From Takakia lepidozioides (Eukaryota; Plantae; Bryophyta), in assembly GCA_030704615.1 (NCBI GenBank), contig CM060734.1:55676001-55740000 (forward strand): a stretch of 64,000 bases of DNA. Reading direction: 5' to 3'. The first letter of the stretch is position 1; the number at the start of each line of letters is the position of its first letter. The notes beneath the pieces were generated by a model. That model was not told where the DNA came from, ran no database searches, and saw only the letters and a list, made by a program, of their open reading frames with translations. The position numbers were made by a program, and so were the translations under genes. Below are positions 1 to 12,500 of this stretch, piece by piece.

Positions 1-50
1 GTCTGTGCTGACGTTGAAGAGCATGCTACTCAGTTGTCTCGGAGGAGCTG

Positions 51-2293
51 ATGGCAACTTCCACGCATTGTGTGGGGATCTATAACTTATGTTGTAGGGT
101 GGACTGTTTTTCTAGCAGGTAAATTACTAGCGAGAGACCAACTACAGTAATTGCGAACCAGAGAGAATTGAAATGCCGAAATTTGAAACTGATGAGCTTT
201 GAAAGCGTCCCAAGATGTTATGGACCTGCATAGTCAGAGAACATCGGAACTGCATTGTAATGGAATTCTTCTGAGGTGCATTCCAAGGATTCAGTCTGAT
301 CTTGAAGTGCAGAATCATGAACAGTGGAAAATTGTTGATGAGGTACCTATGGGCAGTAGCTATCTGCACCTAGGTGGGGCGTTAGTCAGCTTAGTTGGTC
401 TTTTCTTTTCAAAACATTCACTTAAGCATGGGTTTTGAAATGGATGATTGTAAGAAGCTCAAGTTCAGGTTGAGCGTATTTGACTTGTCAAAAGGATGAG
501 AGAGCCATAGACAATCTTCTCTTAACCAGCAGTATAATTCAACTGTTCAGAGACATGAATTGATGGAGAACGTTTTCTTTGACAGGGAGGGAGTAGTGTA
601 AAAAGATACTGAGATGTGGGAAGTGTCACAATTTCAGGCGGGCACGTTGATACGGGACAAGTCTGGCCGAGCCTTACAGGTCAATACTTCAGAGAATCTT
701 GTCAATTACACCTTTTCATTTGAAATTGTGCGATTCTGATATTGGATAAATGCCCAAAATCTCTTGACCTAGATTACCTCAGTAGTCACTGCCGAATCCG
801 TAATTTATGCACATTCTCATAAGTTTAGCTCGGAGTCCTAATTCTAACCTGGGATCCAGGACATGCTCTAGGAGAATGAACAAGTGGACAATTAAGACAA
901 CAGGATTTCCCTCAAACGATGCAATCACGGATCAAAGACTTGTCTCTCTCTCTCTAAAGAGGAGTGTCCTCAAATCAACACCAATCTGCAACATACCTGC
1001 CAATTCTCAAAAGAAAACATCTAGCAAATGGAGTAAGAGAGGGAGATGAGGCGGGAAGTCCATTTGGGTCCTTGATGACCAACGTGGTGGTGCAGGCCTG
1101 GCAGGAAGTGATGTGTATATGGGGGGCCTTCTCGCTGTCTGACAGGTGGACACTAAAGAATCCCGCTTTGATCTCGTCACTGAAGTTGACAAGGCCTGTG
1201 AGGATCTTCTTCGTTCTCAAGTGAAGGTATCGGATCACAGCCACTTTGTTGTCTTGGTTGAGCACTGGTTTTTGACCAGATGCCAAGCCCCAATTTGGGT
1301 CATGGTTGTCTGAAGCAACAGCAATTCTAGTGGTTACAGCAGTGTGGGTGCACACATAATTGTCCTAGACTGCAATGTTTTAGTGGCTTGTATTGAGTTC
1401 ATGTCAGGTGGTCCAGTTGGAAGCCTATGAATCTCTAAAGAAGAATACTGATATCTTGTAGGTCATGGGCAGTTTTATGCAACCAGCGATCTCTTATTGC
1501 TTGCTTCCCGATGGGTCAAAGGAGACAATATAAGTTATGCCACCTAGTGTCATACTTCTTGCAGTGCAGGTGGCTTGTTCTATTGTTGTAGATGTAGTCA
1601 CAAACTTTGGGGTGGTAAATGTGATTTCAGGCCAGGTTTCCACATCACTACTATATTGGGGAAGAAACAGTCACAGAACAAGAGCTAGAGAGACTTAAGA
1701 AGGGCTCGAAGGACTCTGATTGGACATGGATTGTGGACCCTATCGATGGTACACTGAACTTTGTAAGTCCACGACCATCTCTTTTCCTCTTATGATGGTT
1801 AATTCAAGCAATAAAATTATATGCACCAGAGTCGCCAGGCATACTTAGAGATCACCTTTTCAGACCACCTTGTGAAAGCTAGAGCAACCAAGTAGATCTC
1901 ACTGCTCTAACATCAAACAGCCACGCTACGCCCACTTTGTACATTCTGAAATCATAAACAGTCAAGGGACTCTTAGCCACAGATGCGGCTATGATAAACC
2001 TCCATAAGTACAGAAAGACCACACAGGTGCATGACCTGAAATCAAGAAATCTGTCCCCAATCTGTGAGAGGCAAATTTTACAATGTTCTCTCGTCTCAAA
2101 TCTTATAGGTTCCTGGAAAATTGCCTAAAAGTGACACTTTGGCTTATGTTGAACAATGAGTTTGCTGCACAGGTTGGGGGCATCCCGATGTCAGTTGTTT
2201 CACTTGGAGTGGCATATGGCGGGAACATGGAAGTGGGAGTTGTCTACAACCCTTTCCATGACGAGCTCTTTGTGGCCAGGAGAGGCCAAGGTC

Positions 2294-2333
<40 letters not shown>

Positions 2334-5300
2334 AGGAAACTAATTGTCTGCGGTAGAGCAGTTAATTGGTGGACTAATGAGATTAAACTCAAGATAGCTG
2401 AGAGACGAGCCCTCTATAAAGAGTGCTGCAATTTGGAAACCAACAGAGAATTGTGGGCGAGGTACTACCAGCTCCGTAAAGATATCAATCAGCTTGTTAG
2501 GTCTCAGAAGAAATTATACTGGGACAAGTTATACAGTGAAATAAACTCAAACCACCATGGTGGTAATGACAAGAAATTCTGGTTGGCCCTTCAACGTTTG
2601 TACAAACCGAAAAACGGTCAGCAAGTACAAGCGCTGAAGACTACTAAAGGTGCAGTGGTGACTTCATCGGTTGACATTGTCAAAACCTTTGAAACTCACT
2701 ACAGTATCCTTGGCAGAACTTCTAGGTCTAACAGTGAGGGGTCTTCTGCTGAATGGAGGGACACAGTTGGAAAAACTGTTCCTATGATTCAAAACAGCCC
2801 TGATGAACTGGAGTATATTTCAATGGCTTATAATGCTCCCATTAGTTCTTCTGAGATTGTGGAAGCAATTGAACATTTAAATGGATATAAAGCTGGTGGA
2901 CCTGATGGTATTGTCAACGAGCTTATCAAGCACGGTGGCGATCCCATGATAGAGGCCCTAGTTCTCCTCTTTAACCTTATCTGGAAGACTGAAATGATCC
3001 CCTTTCGCTGGCGACAGGGGTCATTGTCAATCTATACAAGAAGGGTGACAGAGAAGAACCGGGGAACTACCGTGGCATCACGCTCCTCAATGCTGTTGGC
3101 AAGACATTCTGCAGAGTTATAAGTACTCGTCTCGAGGTTGATCTGGAGTCTAGAGGTTGTTTCCACGAAGGCCAAGCTGGCTTTCGGCGAAACAGGGGCT
3201 GTGTGGATCATATCTTCACTCTAAGCCAGATTATCCAGGGAAGGAAAAAAGAAGGGAAACCCACTTATGTCTTTTTCCTGGATGTCAAAAAGGCTTATGA
3301 CACAGTGTGGAGAGATGGCCTATGGTTCCGCCTCTGGTCTTGTGGGATCAAGGGAAAGATGTGGAGAGTTGTCCACAACTTGTATGCTCACACCAAAAGC
3401 TGTGTCACTGTTAACGGACAGAAGTCCAACTTCTTTGACATAGACCAAGGTGTAGCTCAAGGATGTACTCTCTCCCTCTGCTCTTCAATGTTTTCATCAA
3501 TCAACTCCTCGAGGATGTGGAAAGTGAGGGATTTGGGTTAAGGGTGGGTGATACCACCATACCAGCCCTTATGTTTGCGGATGACTTCGCAGGCATAGGG
3601 GAGACTCCAACCAATCTCCAGGAGTTGATTGATTGCGCGAAGAGATACTTTGATCTTTGGGGGCTAGAGGCTAATGTCAGCAAATGTGCAGTGGTAGCAT
3701 TCAACGACAGAGGAGAGGGAGGAAGTGATCTTAAGTGGCAGTGGGGTAGCCAAGAGATCCCGGTCCTCCCTTCCTACACTTACCTGGGCGTTGAGTTCTC
3801 CTCCAATTGTAATTGGGATGCACATATCCGGAAAGTTGTTCAAACTGGCAAGGGCAAAGCTCTGGGGCTCACTAAATTTTTCCACTGCAGAGGGGTCAAC
3901 TCTGAGGTTAAGAAAACATGCTTTGTCGCGTTATTAGACCTGCCTTGGAGTACGGATCTGCTATATGGGTTGATAACTCCAACCAGGCTAAGTCTCTAGA
4001 ATCCATTCAAGTGGGGGTGCTTAAGGAGTGTATGTCAGCATGCTCCAAAACAGCCAATGTGGCTGTTCGGGGTGAGTTTGGCATTCCGTCCTTAAGCTCC
4101 CGACGAGATGAATTCAAGGTCAGATGGTGGGGTCAGCTGCAACATATGCCCAACACCAGATATCCTAAGTTAATCGACTCTATATCTTGGAAACAGGACC
4201 GCCCTGTCAAACAGGCTAAGTCCTGGCAGAAGAGAGTAGAAGAGATCCTCAAGGACCTGGACCTGGATCCGCAAGTCTTGACCCTGCTGGATAAATCTGA
4301 CTTAGAGGCTGTAGTGTCCTCAGCCATGTCTGTTGCCATGAGATTGTCTGATGAAAATGAAGTTAGGCAGAAAACTTCCCTGAACTTGTTTCCAGTCTGT
4401 GACATGGGGGACATCTTGGATGACCTCAAGGGTCTACCCACTCTCGGCACTAGACTGAAATTTAAACTCAGGGCAGGAAGCCTACCTTTGAACAGCAAAC
4501 AGAAGCAGAGAGGAAAGGGAGAGTGCAATTGCCCGTTGTGGGGCAATCTGAAGACAGTATTCATTTTCTGATACACTGTCCGGGGTTCTCTCACCAAAGA
4601 GACGCTCTCTTCAAATCTATTAAGGGAATTGTGCCTGTACCCCTGTTTACCAACTTTGAAAGTCTCGAGGCTGAGCCAAAAGCCCAGGCCCTCCTGAGGC
4701 CTAGTTTTTGGGCAAATCACACACAGCAGATTGATGCTTGTGTGAAGGGATTTCTAGAGGATATCTGGAAAACCCGGATTAATTCTTATATGAGGTAAGT
4801 CTTACTACCAACGTCAGCCCCTGACAGAGGTAGGTTCTGTCCCTTTTGTTCCCGCTCAAACTGGGCGCGGGGTCAATGGCCACAAGGCTACGGCAAACAA
4901 CGTCTTATGAGTACAATCTCTCTGACCTCAAGGCTACGGCCACAAGGCTACGGCAAACAACGTCTTATGAGTACAATCTCTCTGACCTCAAGGGTCTACC
5001 CACTCTCGGCACTACACTGAAATTTAAACTCAGGGCAGGAAGCCTACCTTTGAACAGCAAACAGAAGCAGAGAGGAAAGGGAGAGTGCAATTGCCGCTGT
5101 GTGGGCAATCTGAAGACAGTATTCACTTTCTGATACACTGTCCGGGGTTCTCTCACCAAAGGGACGCTCTCTTCAATTCTATCAAGGGAATTGTGCCTGT
5201 ACCCCTGTTTAACAACTTTGAAAGTCTCGAGGCTGAGCCAAAAGCCCAGGCCCTCCTGAGGCCTAGTTTTTGGGCAAATCACACACAGCAGATTGATGCT

Positions 5301-7931
5301 TGTGTGAAGGGATTTCTAGAGGATATCTGGAAAACCCGGATTAATTCTATATATGATGGTAAGTCACACTACCAACGTCAGCCCCTGACAGAGGTAGGTT
5401 CTGTCCCTTTTGTTCCCGCTCAAACTGGGCGCAGGGTCAATGGCCACAAGGCTACGGCAAACAACGTCTTATGAGTACAAATCTCTCTCTCTCTCTCTCT
5501 CTCTCCAGTTTTTTTCCGCTCAAACTGGGCGCGGGGTCAATGGCCACAAGGCTACGGCAAACAACGTCTTATGAGTACAATCTCTCTCTCTCTCTCTCTC
5601 TCTCCAGTTTTTTCCGCTCAAACTGGGCGCGGGGTCAATGGCCACAAGGCTACGGCAAACAACGTCTTATGAGTACAATCTCTCTCTCTCTCTCTCTCCC
5701 CAGTTTTTTCCGCTCAAACTGGGCGCGGGGTCAATGGCCACAAGGCTACGGCAAACAACTCTTATGAGTACATTCTCTCCCCAGTTTGAATACAACTCTC
5801 ACTACTTACTTTCTCTGGTGTCTCTCTTTCCTGATCGTTTGGCAAAGTTTCAGACTCCACAGTTGTGAAGGCTTCATAGATTGATGGGCCCCTTGGTTGC
5901 CATCTTTTTTTCATTCTCCCTCTGAGTGTTTCATTATGATCTACTAATGGGAGTTTAATGTGCATGGAGTTTCCTAAGAAATCCACTGTTGGAGGGTGGC
6001 AGGTGCATTTTTAAATGGCAATGCCCTTAAAGTGTTGCCACCCAACACAGAATTAGAAGACGCAACAGTTTCTGTCGGCTTCCCCTCCAAGGTTGTCTTG
6101 CACCCACCCATAGTATTGTTATTACTAGCACTTTTTCAATTCTAGACTGTTTTTTCCTCTCTCTCATCTGCTTTCATCACTAGACAAGGGTTGGGAATGC
6201 AACCACTTTCCACATTTACAAATTTCAATGTAGCTGCACTAGAATAACCTCAGACCTTGAGTTGCTATGTAACTTGGGGAGAGGTTGGTGGATGGCAGCC
6301 AGAGTGGCGATTGAGGATGCTGGAGGCGATAGATAAAGTAGCCCCAAATGCTCGCTCAGTACGTGCCTTTGGTTCTGCGGTATGCTCCTTCCCTATCACA
6401 GAGCCAATTTTTGGCTCGAAAAGTGGTTTGAATCAGATATACAGTATTAGGCCAGTTGCTCATTTCTACATCCACTTATTGCCATTCAAGGGAAGCACAT
6501 TCCAACTACAGCTCTGTGAATGACATCCACACCATATTACAGTCAGGGAAAGACAACAAGTATTACATCCCTGCTGAAGCCTATTTCCCCAACTGGACAA
6601 TTAAGATGTTGGCACATAACAGTCAACAAGGGAACAACTTACGGTACACAAGTCTGTTCCTAGTGTTATCTTCAAGCAAATATTGGCAACCATGGCACTG
6701 GGGGTGGGTCAGGCCTTGCATATGAGCTATGTTGGAGCTGGTCGCTTGGGGTGCTTTTTCGAACATAATCTCAAGGTCCTTCACTTGCTTTCGGTTCTGG
6801 GTGCCTTGCTGGTCTTTTGGGGCATTCTGTGGTGATTGAGAAAGTTCCAGTGAATGCGAAACTGAAACGTAATCCAATGGCTTGTTGGTATGACAAAGAG
6901 AAGGGGCACACTCATCATCTTCACTTTGACTATTGTCATATTTGGTGAATGCAACTACTACTGATAGGGCTCAAACCCAGGGCCCATGAATGTAGCCTAA
7001 AGGAGGCTTTGGGTATACACTTTTGTCCTTCTCTGCCCTTGAAATCTTACGATTATACACCGATCTCAGCTCAAGTCATGTACTGGATAAAGTACAGCAC
7101 TGTCAAGCTCATAGGCACTGAAGCTTCCATGTCATCCTATTTGACCTAAAATCAGTACAACATAATACTTTGGCATTTTTGGAATGCAGCGGAATCATAG
7201 TAAGACTGGGTCTGTAAAATTAGGAAAGAAAGTAGAGTTCAGACTTTAGCGATAAGGTATTGGGCAGACAACAGGCCCCATTTTTCGCCAGATTGCATGT
7301 AGTTTTTTTAGTGCAAGTTTTGACTTGCATCGTGTGGTGGGATTTTGTACAGCCTTGGGACATTGCTGCTGCAAGATTGATTGTCGAGGTATCATCATTA
7401 TTGTTGCCACATATCTACTGCTCTGGACTGGTGATGGCAGTTGGATCATATTTTCTGATTTTAGGATGTTGAAATGTTGGAGACAAGAAATAGTAGCTTG
7501 ATATAGCTGTGAAGGAAGGAGGGCGGAAGGAGAGTAAAATGCATCCTTACAAAGGAAGAGGGGCAATCAATGTGAAATTGAGAGGTCTGTCAAGAGAGAG
7601 GGACAGGGTACGCTCTAGACTGAGCATGACCCTCTAAATTTTCCACCATTGTGCAAAGGAAGGTAAAAATGCATCCTTTAAAGTAGGAGGGAGGAGAGAG
7701 AAGAGGGGCAATCAGTGTGAAAATGAGGTCCCTGTCAAGAGAGAGGAGATAGGCAGGCTCCAGGTTGAGTATAACACTGTTGTCTATATCTTGTACTCTG
7801 TATGACCACAGGAGGCAGGTGGCCGAGTAACAGGCATGGATGGCAACCCTCTGCCTCTGAGTGCAGGGTCGGTTCTGGCATCCAATGGGGGAATCATTCA
7901 TGACCGGATTCTAGAGTTGATTAGGGACTGA
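51..7931 (+). CDS. Inositol monophosphatase family protein (IMPase/SuhB-like), multi-exon; intron 2291-6002 carries a LINE
   Basis: Phase-consistent GT-AG exons: 638-679 (AGTLIRDK), 1146-1226 (FDLVTEVDKACE), 1631-1762 (FPHHYYIGEE...WIVDPIDGTLNF), 2173-2290 (GVVYNPFHDELFVARRGQG), 6003-6091 (AFLNG), 6299-6379 (RSVRAFGSA), 6713-6775 (ALHMSYVGAGR), 7353-7388 (PWDIAAA), 7812-7931 (EAGGRVT...stop). All IMPase signature motifs are present. The 5' exons (ATG 51-118 and ~288-342) are tentative. Confidence 0.9.
2293..2330. repeat. (CT)n microsatellite at the intron 5' end; left flank of the LINE insertion
   Basis: Direct reading of about 19 CT units just after the GT donor at 2291. Confidence 0.95.
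2331..5480 (+). mobile_element. 5'-truncated non-LTR retrotransposon (LINE; RTEX/RTE-X-like by inference) followed by a second, shorter copy
   Basis: RT motifs in successive frames: KAGGPDGI, NYRGITLL, QAGFRR, FLDVKKAYDTV, QGVAQG, LMFADD, YTYLGV, IRPALEYG; C-terminal CCHC knuckle CPLCGQSEDSIHFLIHCP. No endonuclease domain (truncated). First copy 2331-~4916; second copy ~4983-5480 repeats sequence from 4421 onward. The four frameshifts are all 1-2 nt losses in simple runs. Confidence 0.93.
5482..5787 (+). repeat. Three ~98-bp tandem units, each (CT)n-CCAGTTT plus the last ~65 nt of the LINE
   Basis: Units end in TATGAGTACA(A) at ~5580, ~5678 and ~5772; host sequence resumes with TCTCTCCCCAGTTTGAATAC. 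Confidence 0.92.
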
Positions 7932-8543
7932 TGCTCTTTCTTCGTCTCTTACCTTCTCTTTCATGCATGATAAAAAGTGGTCATTAGGGGAGCAGGGTTC
8001 AGTTTATGGCTTGTCCATTGTTCACATTCACATTATGCTGGAGATTTGTGTGTAGAAACTCTAGAATTGTATTGCAGTAACTTTAGGCGTAGCTAGTACC
8101 CATCATATCAAGACATTTTTGCCGAAGCAAGCATAACTTATGGTGTCACTTGACCCAGAAGGACTGTTGTTTTTCTCCTTTTTCCAAAATCGCCCCAGAG
8201 CCACATTTGAATTCTATCCAGCCCAGTGCCAGGTTAGAAAAGTGCCATATAACAGTGTGCACTTTTTTTCTACGTAGGCAAATCAGGCCGACATTCAATT
8301 ACCAGTGCTTTCTGGTGAATTTTTCGGTCTTTAGGTACCCCACAATCCCTTTGTACAAGTAGCCGACCAGTTTCCAGGTCGAAATCTGACAAAGCACTTA
8401 CTTCCCTCTGTTGAGAAGGTGGACAACTTGAAGTATATGACATCCAATATGTGGTGTGAATATGTAACCCAGACGCCCGAAAAATCAAATCAGCTAGAGG
8501 CGACCCGACGCTTAAGCGGCTGTCCGAATAGAAGTGGCAGCGC

Positions 8544-8700
8544 GCATTGGGCCCACATGGCCATTACATGCCCCTTCAAAGTGGCTATTGCATGCAACAT
8601 CTAGCAAGCTGACTCAACTAGCGTGGCTATTTGCATTGGGCCCACATGGCTATTGCGTGCCCCTTGAAAGTGGCTATAGCATGCGGGGCCCACATGGAAT
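8544..8700. repeat. Short direct repeat (~50-bp core, two copies plus a partial third)
   Basis: GCATTGGGCCCACATGGCYATTRCRTGCCCCTTSAAAGTGGCTAT at ~8544 and ~8632; GGGCCCACATGG again at ~8686. Confidence 0.75.
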
Positions 8701-9563
8701 CCATGCCAAGGAATGCTAGGGAAGGTTCTAGACGGAGGTGATTTTCGCAAGGTATAGCCCAAAGTGGGAGCTCAGGCAAGGACCAGGGGGTGCAGGAGGA
8801 TCGAGGGTTCGAGTAGGGTGGGTGATTTCTAGGTGCGGGAGGAGTGGGCCCAGGTTTACGTGCGGACTGCAGACAAGGAGATGGAAGGATTTTGGAAGAC
8901 GGTGGTTTACTTGGGGCGGAAGGGTTGCTTGGTGCTGTGCTGATCCGCACGACATGACTTGAGGGATGCACTGTAAATAAGTGGCGTACCAGTTACTACT
9001 GATCCACGGGTGAGGTCTGTAGTCCCCTTGCTTATTACATGCGAACCGACGAGGTTTTATGCCGACTTGTATTATTATTATGTCATGCTCTCCGTATTGA
9101 AGGCTAAATTTTCTGCTCGAAATTATGAACCCATAATCACTAGTGACGCGGCTTGTGCCCTTACCATACCAGGGCCCAGCCTAAATGTTGGTTGTCTCGG
9201 TATCTATATATTGGAGATTGAAAGTAGTCTTAGGAATTGCATTGTCAGTCATCGAGGTGGGTAAGTAGTGGCTGGAGGTCTCACATTTTGGGCTATTGAC
9301 TCTCAAGGAAGACACCATGCTCTCTCTCGAGTTCCATGGTCGACAGTTGGGAAGGGTCCTTCCCCACTAAGTATAAGTTATAGCACCAGCCGAACGTCGT
9401 TGGTTGATTGGATGTAGCGGCGAGGGAGAAGCCACGTAGTGAGAGCTGTCCGCATGCCCACTTGGCAGCTCTCACTTCTCGACGTGGAAAGCGTTTGTGA
9501 TTCCTCACACTAAGTCAGGGGACTCGCTGTCTGAAAGCTTGTGAAGCTGCGAGGTTGTAGACT

Positions 9564-12500
9564 ATGGCGACTCTAGGCAGTTCCTGGGTTCAGCTACCTC
9601 ATGGTCGCTCCTTGCCGCTTTCATTGTCCTCATCATCTTCCACTGGGCTGGAGCTCGCGCATCCTAGAGCTGCAGGCAGCTGCTTTCTCTGTGGGCGACT
9701 ACGAGCGAGAGAGTCGACGTCGGCATTTCAACCGAGCCTTTTTTCGAAAGCTTCAACTGGGTTGGCTTCTCCCTCTCATTCTCTTGCACACAGGACTTGC
9801 ATTAGGTTCCATGGAGATGTTGACAGTAGTCATATGATTACCAAACTGTAAAGGTGAGGATGTGCAGGACTTATCAAAGGGGGGAAATGAATCGCTACAT
9901 GATTGATGGAAGCTGTGTTACCGTCCTAGATTCATGTGCCACATATTCACATTGCTCTGTAAAGCGTTAATGAAGCTCGCAATGAAGGAAGGAGTAGACC
10001 AGAAAGTATGGCAAGGACAATTCAGTGAACTACGGACGTCCGTTCACCTGAGGTGTGTGCCTTGTATTGCAGAGTGCATGTCTCCGCCGTCTCTGGGAAC
10101 GACTACAGTGTGCCCATGTAAGCAAACCGGGAGTTGAATTCTCACTACCGATAAATGTTTATCTGATTATGGGTGGTTGTGGGGCTGTGGGACAGATATA
10201 CTAGGTCAATTGCAATGGCAGCAGCATCGCAGAGCACTCAATCCGTCAGTGAGGATGAGACCAAAATCGGGAAACCTGGAAGAAGCCAGTCGCCCTTGCA
10301 GTTGACATACCTTGAGGTCTCTCCCTCTCTGATAGCCTACCCTCACGAGGTGCTCCGTCTTAGGGCAGAGATTTGGACCGATCTTCTAGTGATGTCGTTT
10401 TATGTTATGCGTTTAAATTGTCCCATAACCTCTTTGGCTTCCATGACGTCAGAAAGTCCTAAGATTTCTTTCTTTCTTCTTTCTTTCTGTCTTTCGGACG
10501 TTATAAAGCACCATTTCATTTCTCCTTCCTCTCCCAACGATCTGAAGCGTGAGACATAGACTGCAAAGCTCAGTAAAGGGGTTGGTGCTCTTATAGGATA
10601 ATTGGACATGACAGCTCAGCAGACCCACTGCATATATGCCTATCTTTACTGTATGTATGGATCTCCAGAAATGGACTGAAAGGTGATGAGCCACTTGGTA
10701 TGACATAGAGATAATGGTCAGGTCAGGTGTGTGAGTGAACAAACATGTGGGACATGGCAGGGCAACAGTTGGCTATGGGAGGTTACTGGTTTGCAAATCC
10801 TCGTGGATCCAGTGCTGGTTGGCAATCTTGACTTTGGCATTCCCTGGCTCTATGATGCTGGGAAGAAACTGCTCAAGGAGTTCACGGTGGGCCCATTGTC
10901 TCCTCTTTTTTCAAAATGCCTCCAAGAATTTCCACAGGAATGTGTAGTCACAGTAAATAAACCATGGAAGTTATACAGTTTAGGAAAATGTAAGCATGAT
11001 GGCCAGTGATTGAGGAGTGACTTATAGGAGTGTGGGGGTTGGCACCGGGGCAGCTGGACGATCTGCCAGAGCTGGACTGTATACTTATCACGCAGAGCTA
11101 TGATGACCACTGCCACAAGAGGACATTGGAGCCCTTGTCTAAAATGTTTCCAAATGTGCACGTGATTGCGACCCCTAATGCTGAGTCCCTTCTCAGTAAG
11201 CTTGGCTTCAAGCATGTAGACCACTCCCCATCCTCTCTGCTGCTCAGTGTGATTTTCCTCTCTTCCTCACTGGAGTTTGCATGCTGGGGCTGTGATACTT
11301 ATAAAACTCCTTGAAACTTGTGGACTTCCAATGACCTGATGTTGGGGTTGGGAGGTGATAGCACAGAATTTGTAAGGTTACATTTCCAAGGTATGCAGTA
11401 AACAACTGTACACATGAGAAAAGAAGTGCACATCCACCTTCATCTCGTCCTCGGCATGTTTAATCCATCCAGATTCAGTAGCTTCTCTACCTTCATGTGG
11501 CCTTAGACTGGATTGATGGATGTGATGTAGTGTTACAGGTGACCTACTTGGCACCTCGCCACAGTACCACACTGGGGGACGTGCGCATACGTGCAACAGA
11601 AGGGCCAGTATTGGGTCCTCCTTGGCAGCGCCCTGAAAATGGGTACACTTCAATTGGCCCTTGTCCTTCGGGCTTGATATGTCCTCATTGACCCTCCCTT
11701 TGTAAGAAAATTGGACCCACAGGAGCTGAATCCTGATTATTTTGCAATCAAGCTACTGGACCTCTCATGTGTGGTTTGAACAAAGGAATTGGTGTTGATG
11801 TAACAAAATAAACAAACTGCTAAAATATTAAGTTGAATTCCTGGTAATACTAAGGAACAGAAGCACAGTGGAAGTTGTAGACTGAGGTGGGCCATGTGCG
11901 CAGGTATTTTCTTGAGGTACCAGAGCCAAAGTTTGTGCTGTACTATGAGCCCCACTGTATATACAAGAAGGCAAAGCTGGATCAGGAGCATGCGGATGTG
12001 GTAATAACTCCTGTCAACAAGCAAGTGCTGCCTGCCTACACGTTGGTGTCAGGCCAGGAAGATGCTGTGCAGCTAGCAAAGTTCCTTCAACCTAAGTATG
12101 TACCCTACTTTAGCAAGGGGTATAGTTAGCTAGTCAGGATGTTTTTAGGAGCTTCTGTTGGGTTGTATATGTGTTTTGTCCTCCATCCCCTCCCAGGCTT
12201 TTGGGTCGATTGGTACGATGGCAGTTTTTTCTCCTTATAATAATTTAATAAAAATCAGTCTGGTTAAATTGGCATTACTGTTATATGTTTTTGACTCTAG
12301 CTCTTGGCTTTAGAGGATGGAACTGTGAGGACGGGATAGAAAGACAAAACAGGGCATTTCAGTTTTGGATGGCTCTGTCTCCATGGCCTCTGATTGGATG
12401 CTGGAGGTAACCATGGATAGACTGAAGCTGTCATGATGAAAAGTGGCATGATTATCCCTTTTAGATTGTATGGATGACCTTGCCATTAGTTGTTGATTGT

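Noticed and set aside
5482-5787. CRISPR-like repeat-spacer appearance
   Set aside because: The units are LINE 3' ends separated by (CT)n, not unique spacers; eukaryotic context and no cas genes.
8463-9039. Possible solo LTR (TGTAAC...TTACA)
   Set aside because: Flanks GAATA and TGCGA do not form a TSD; no PBS, PPT or second copy in the window.
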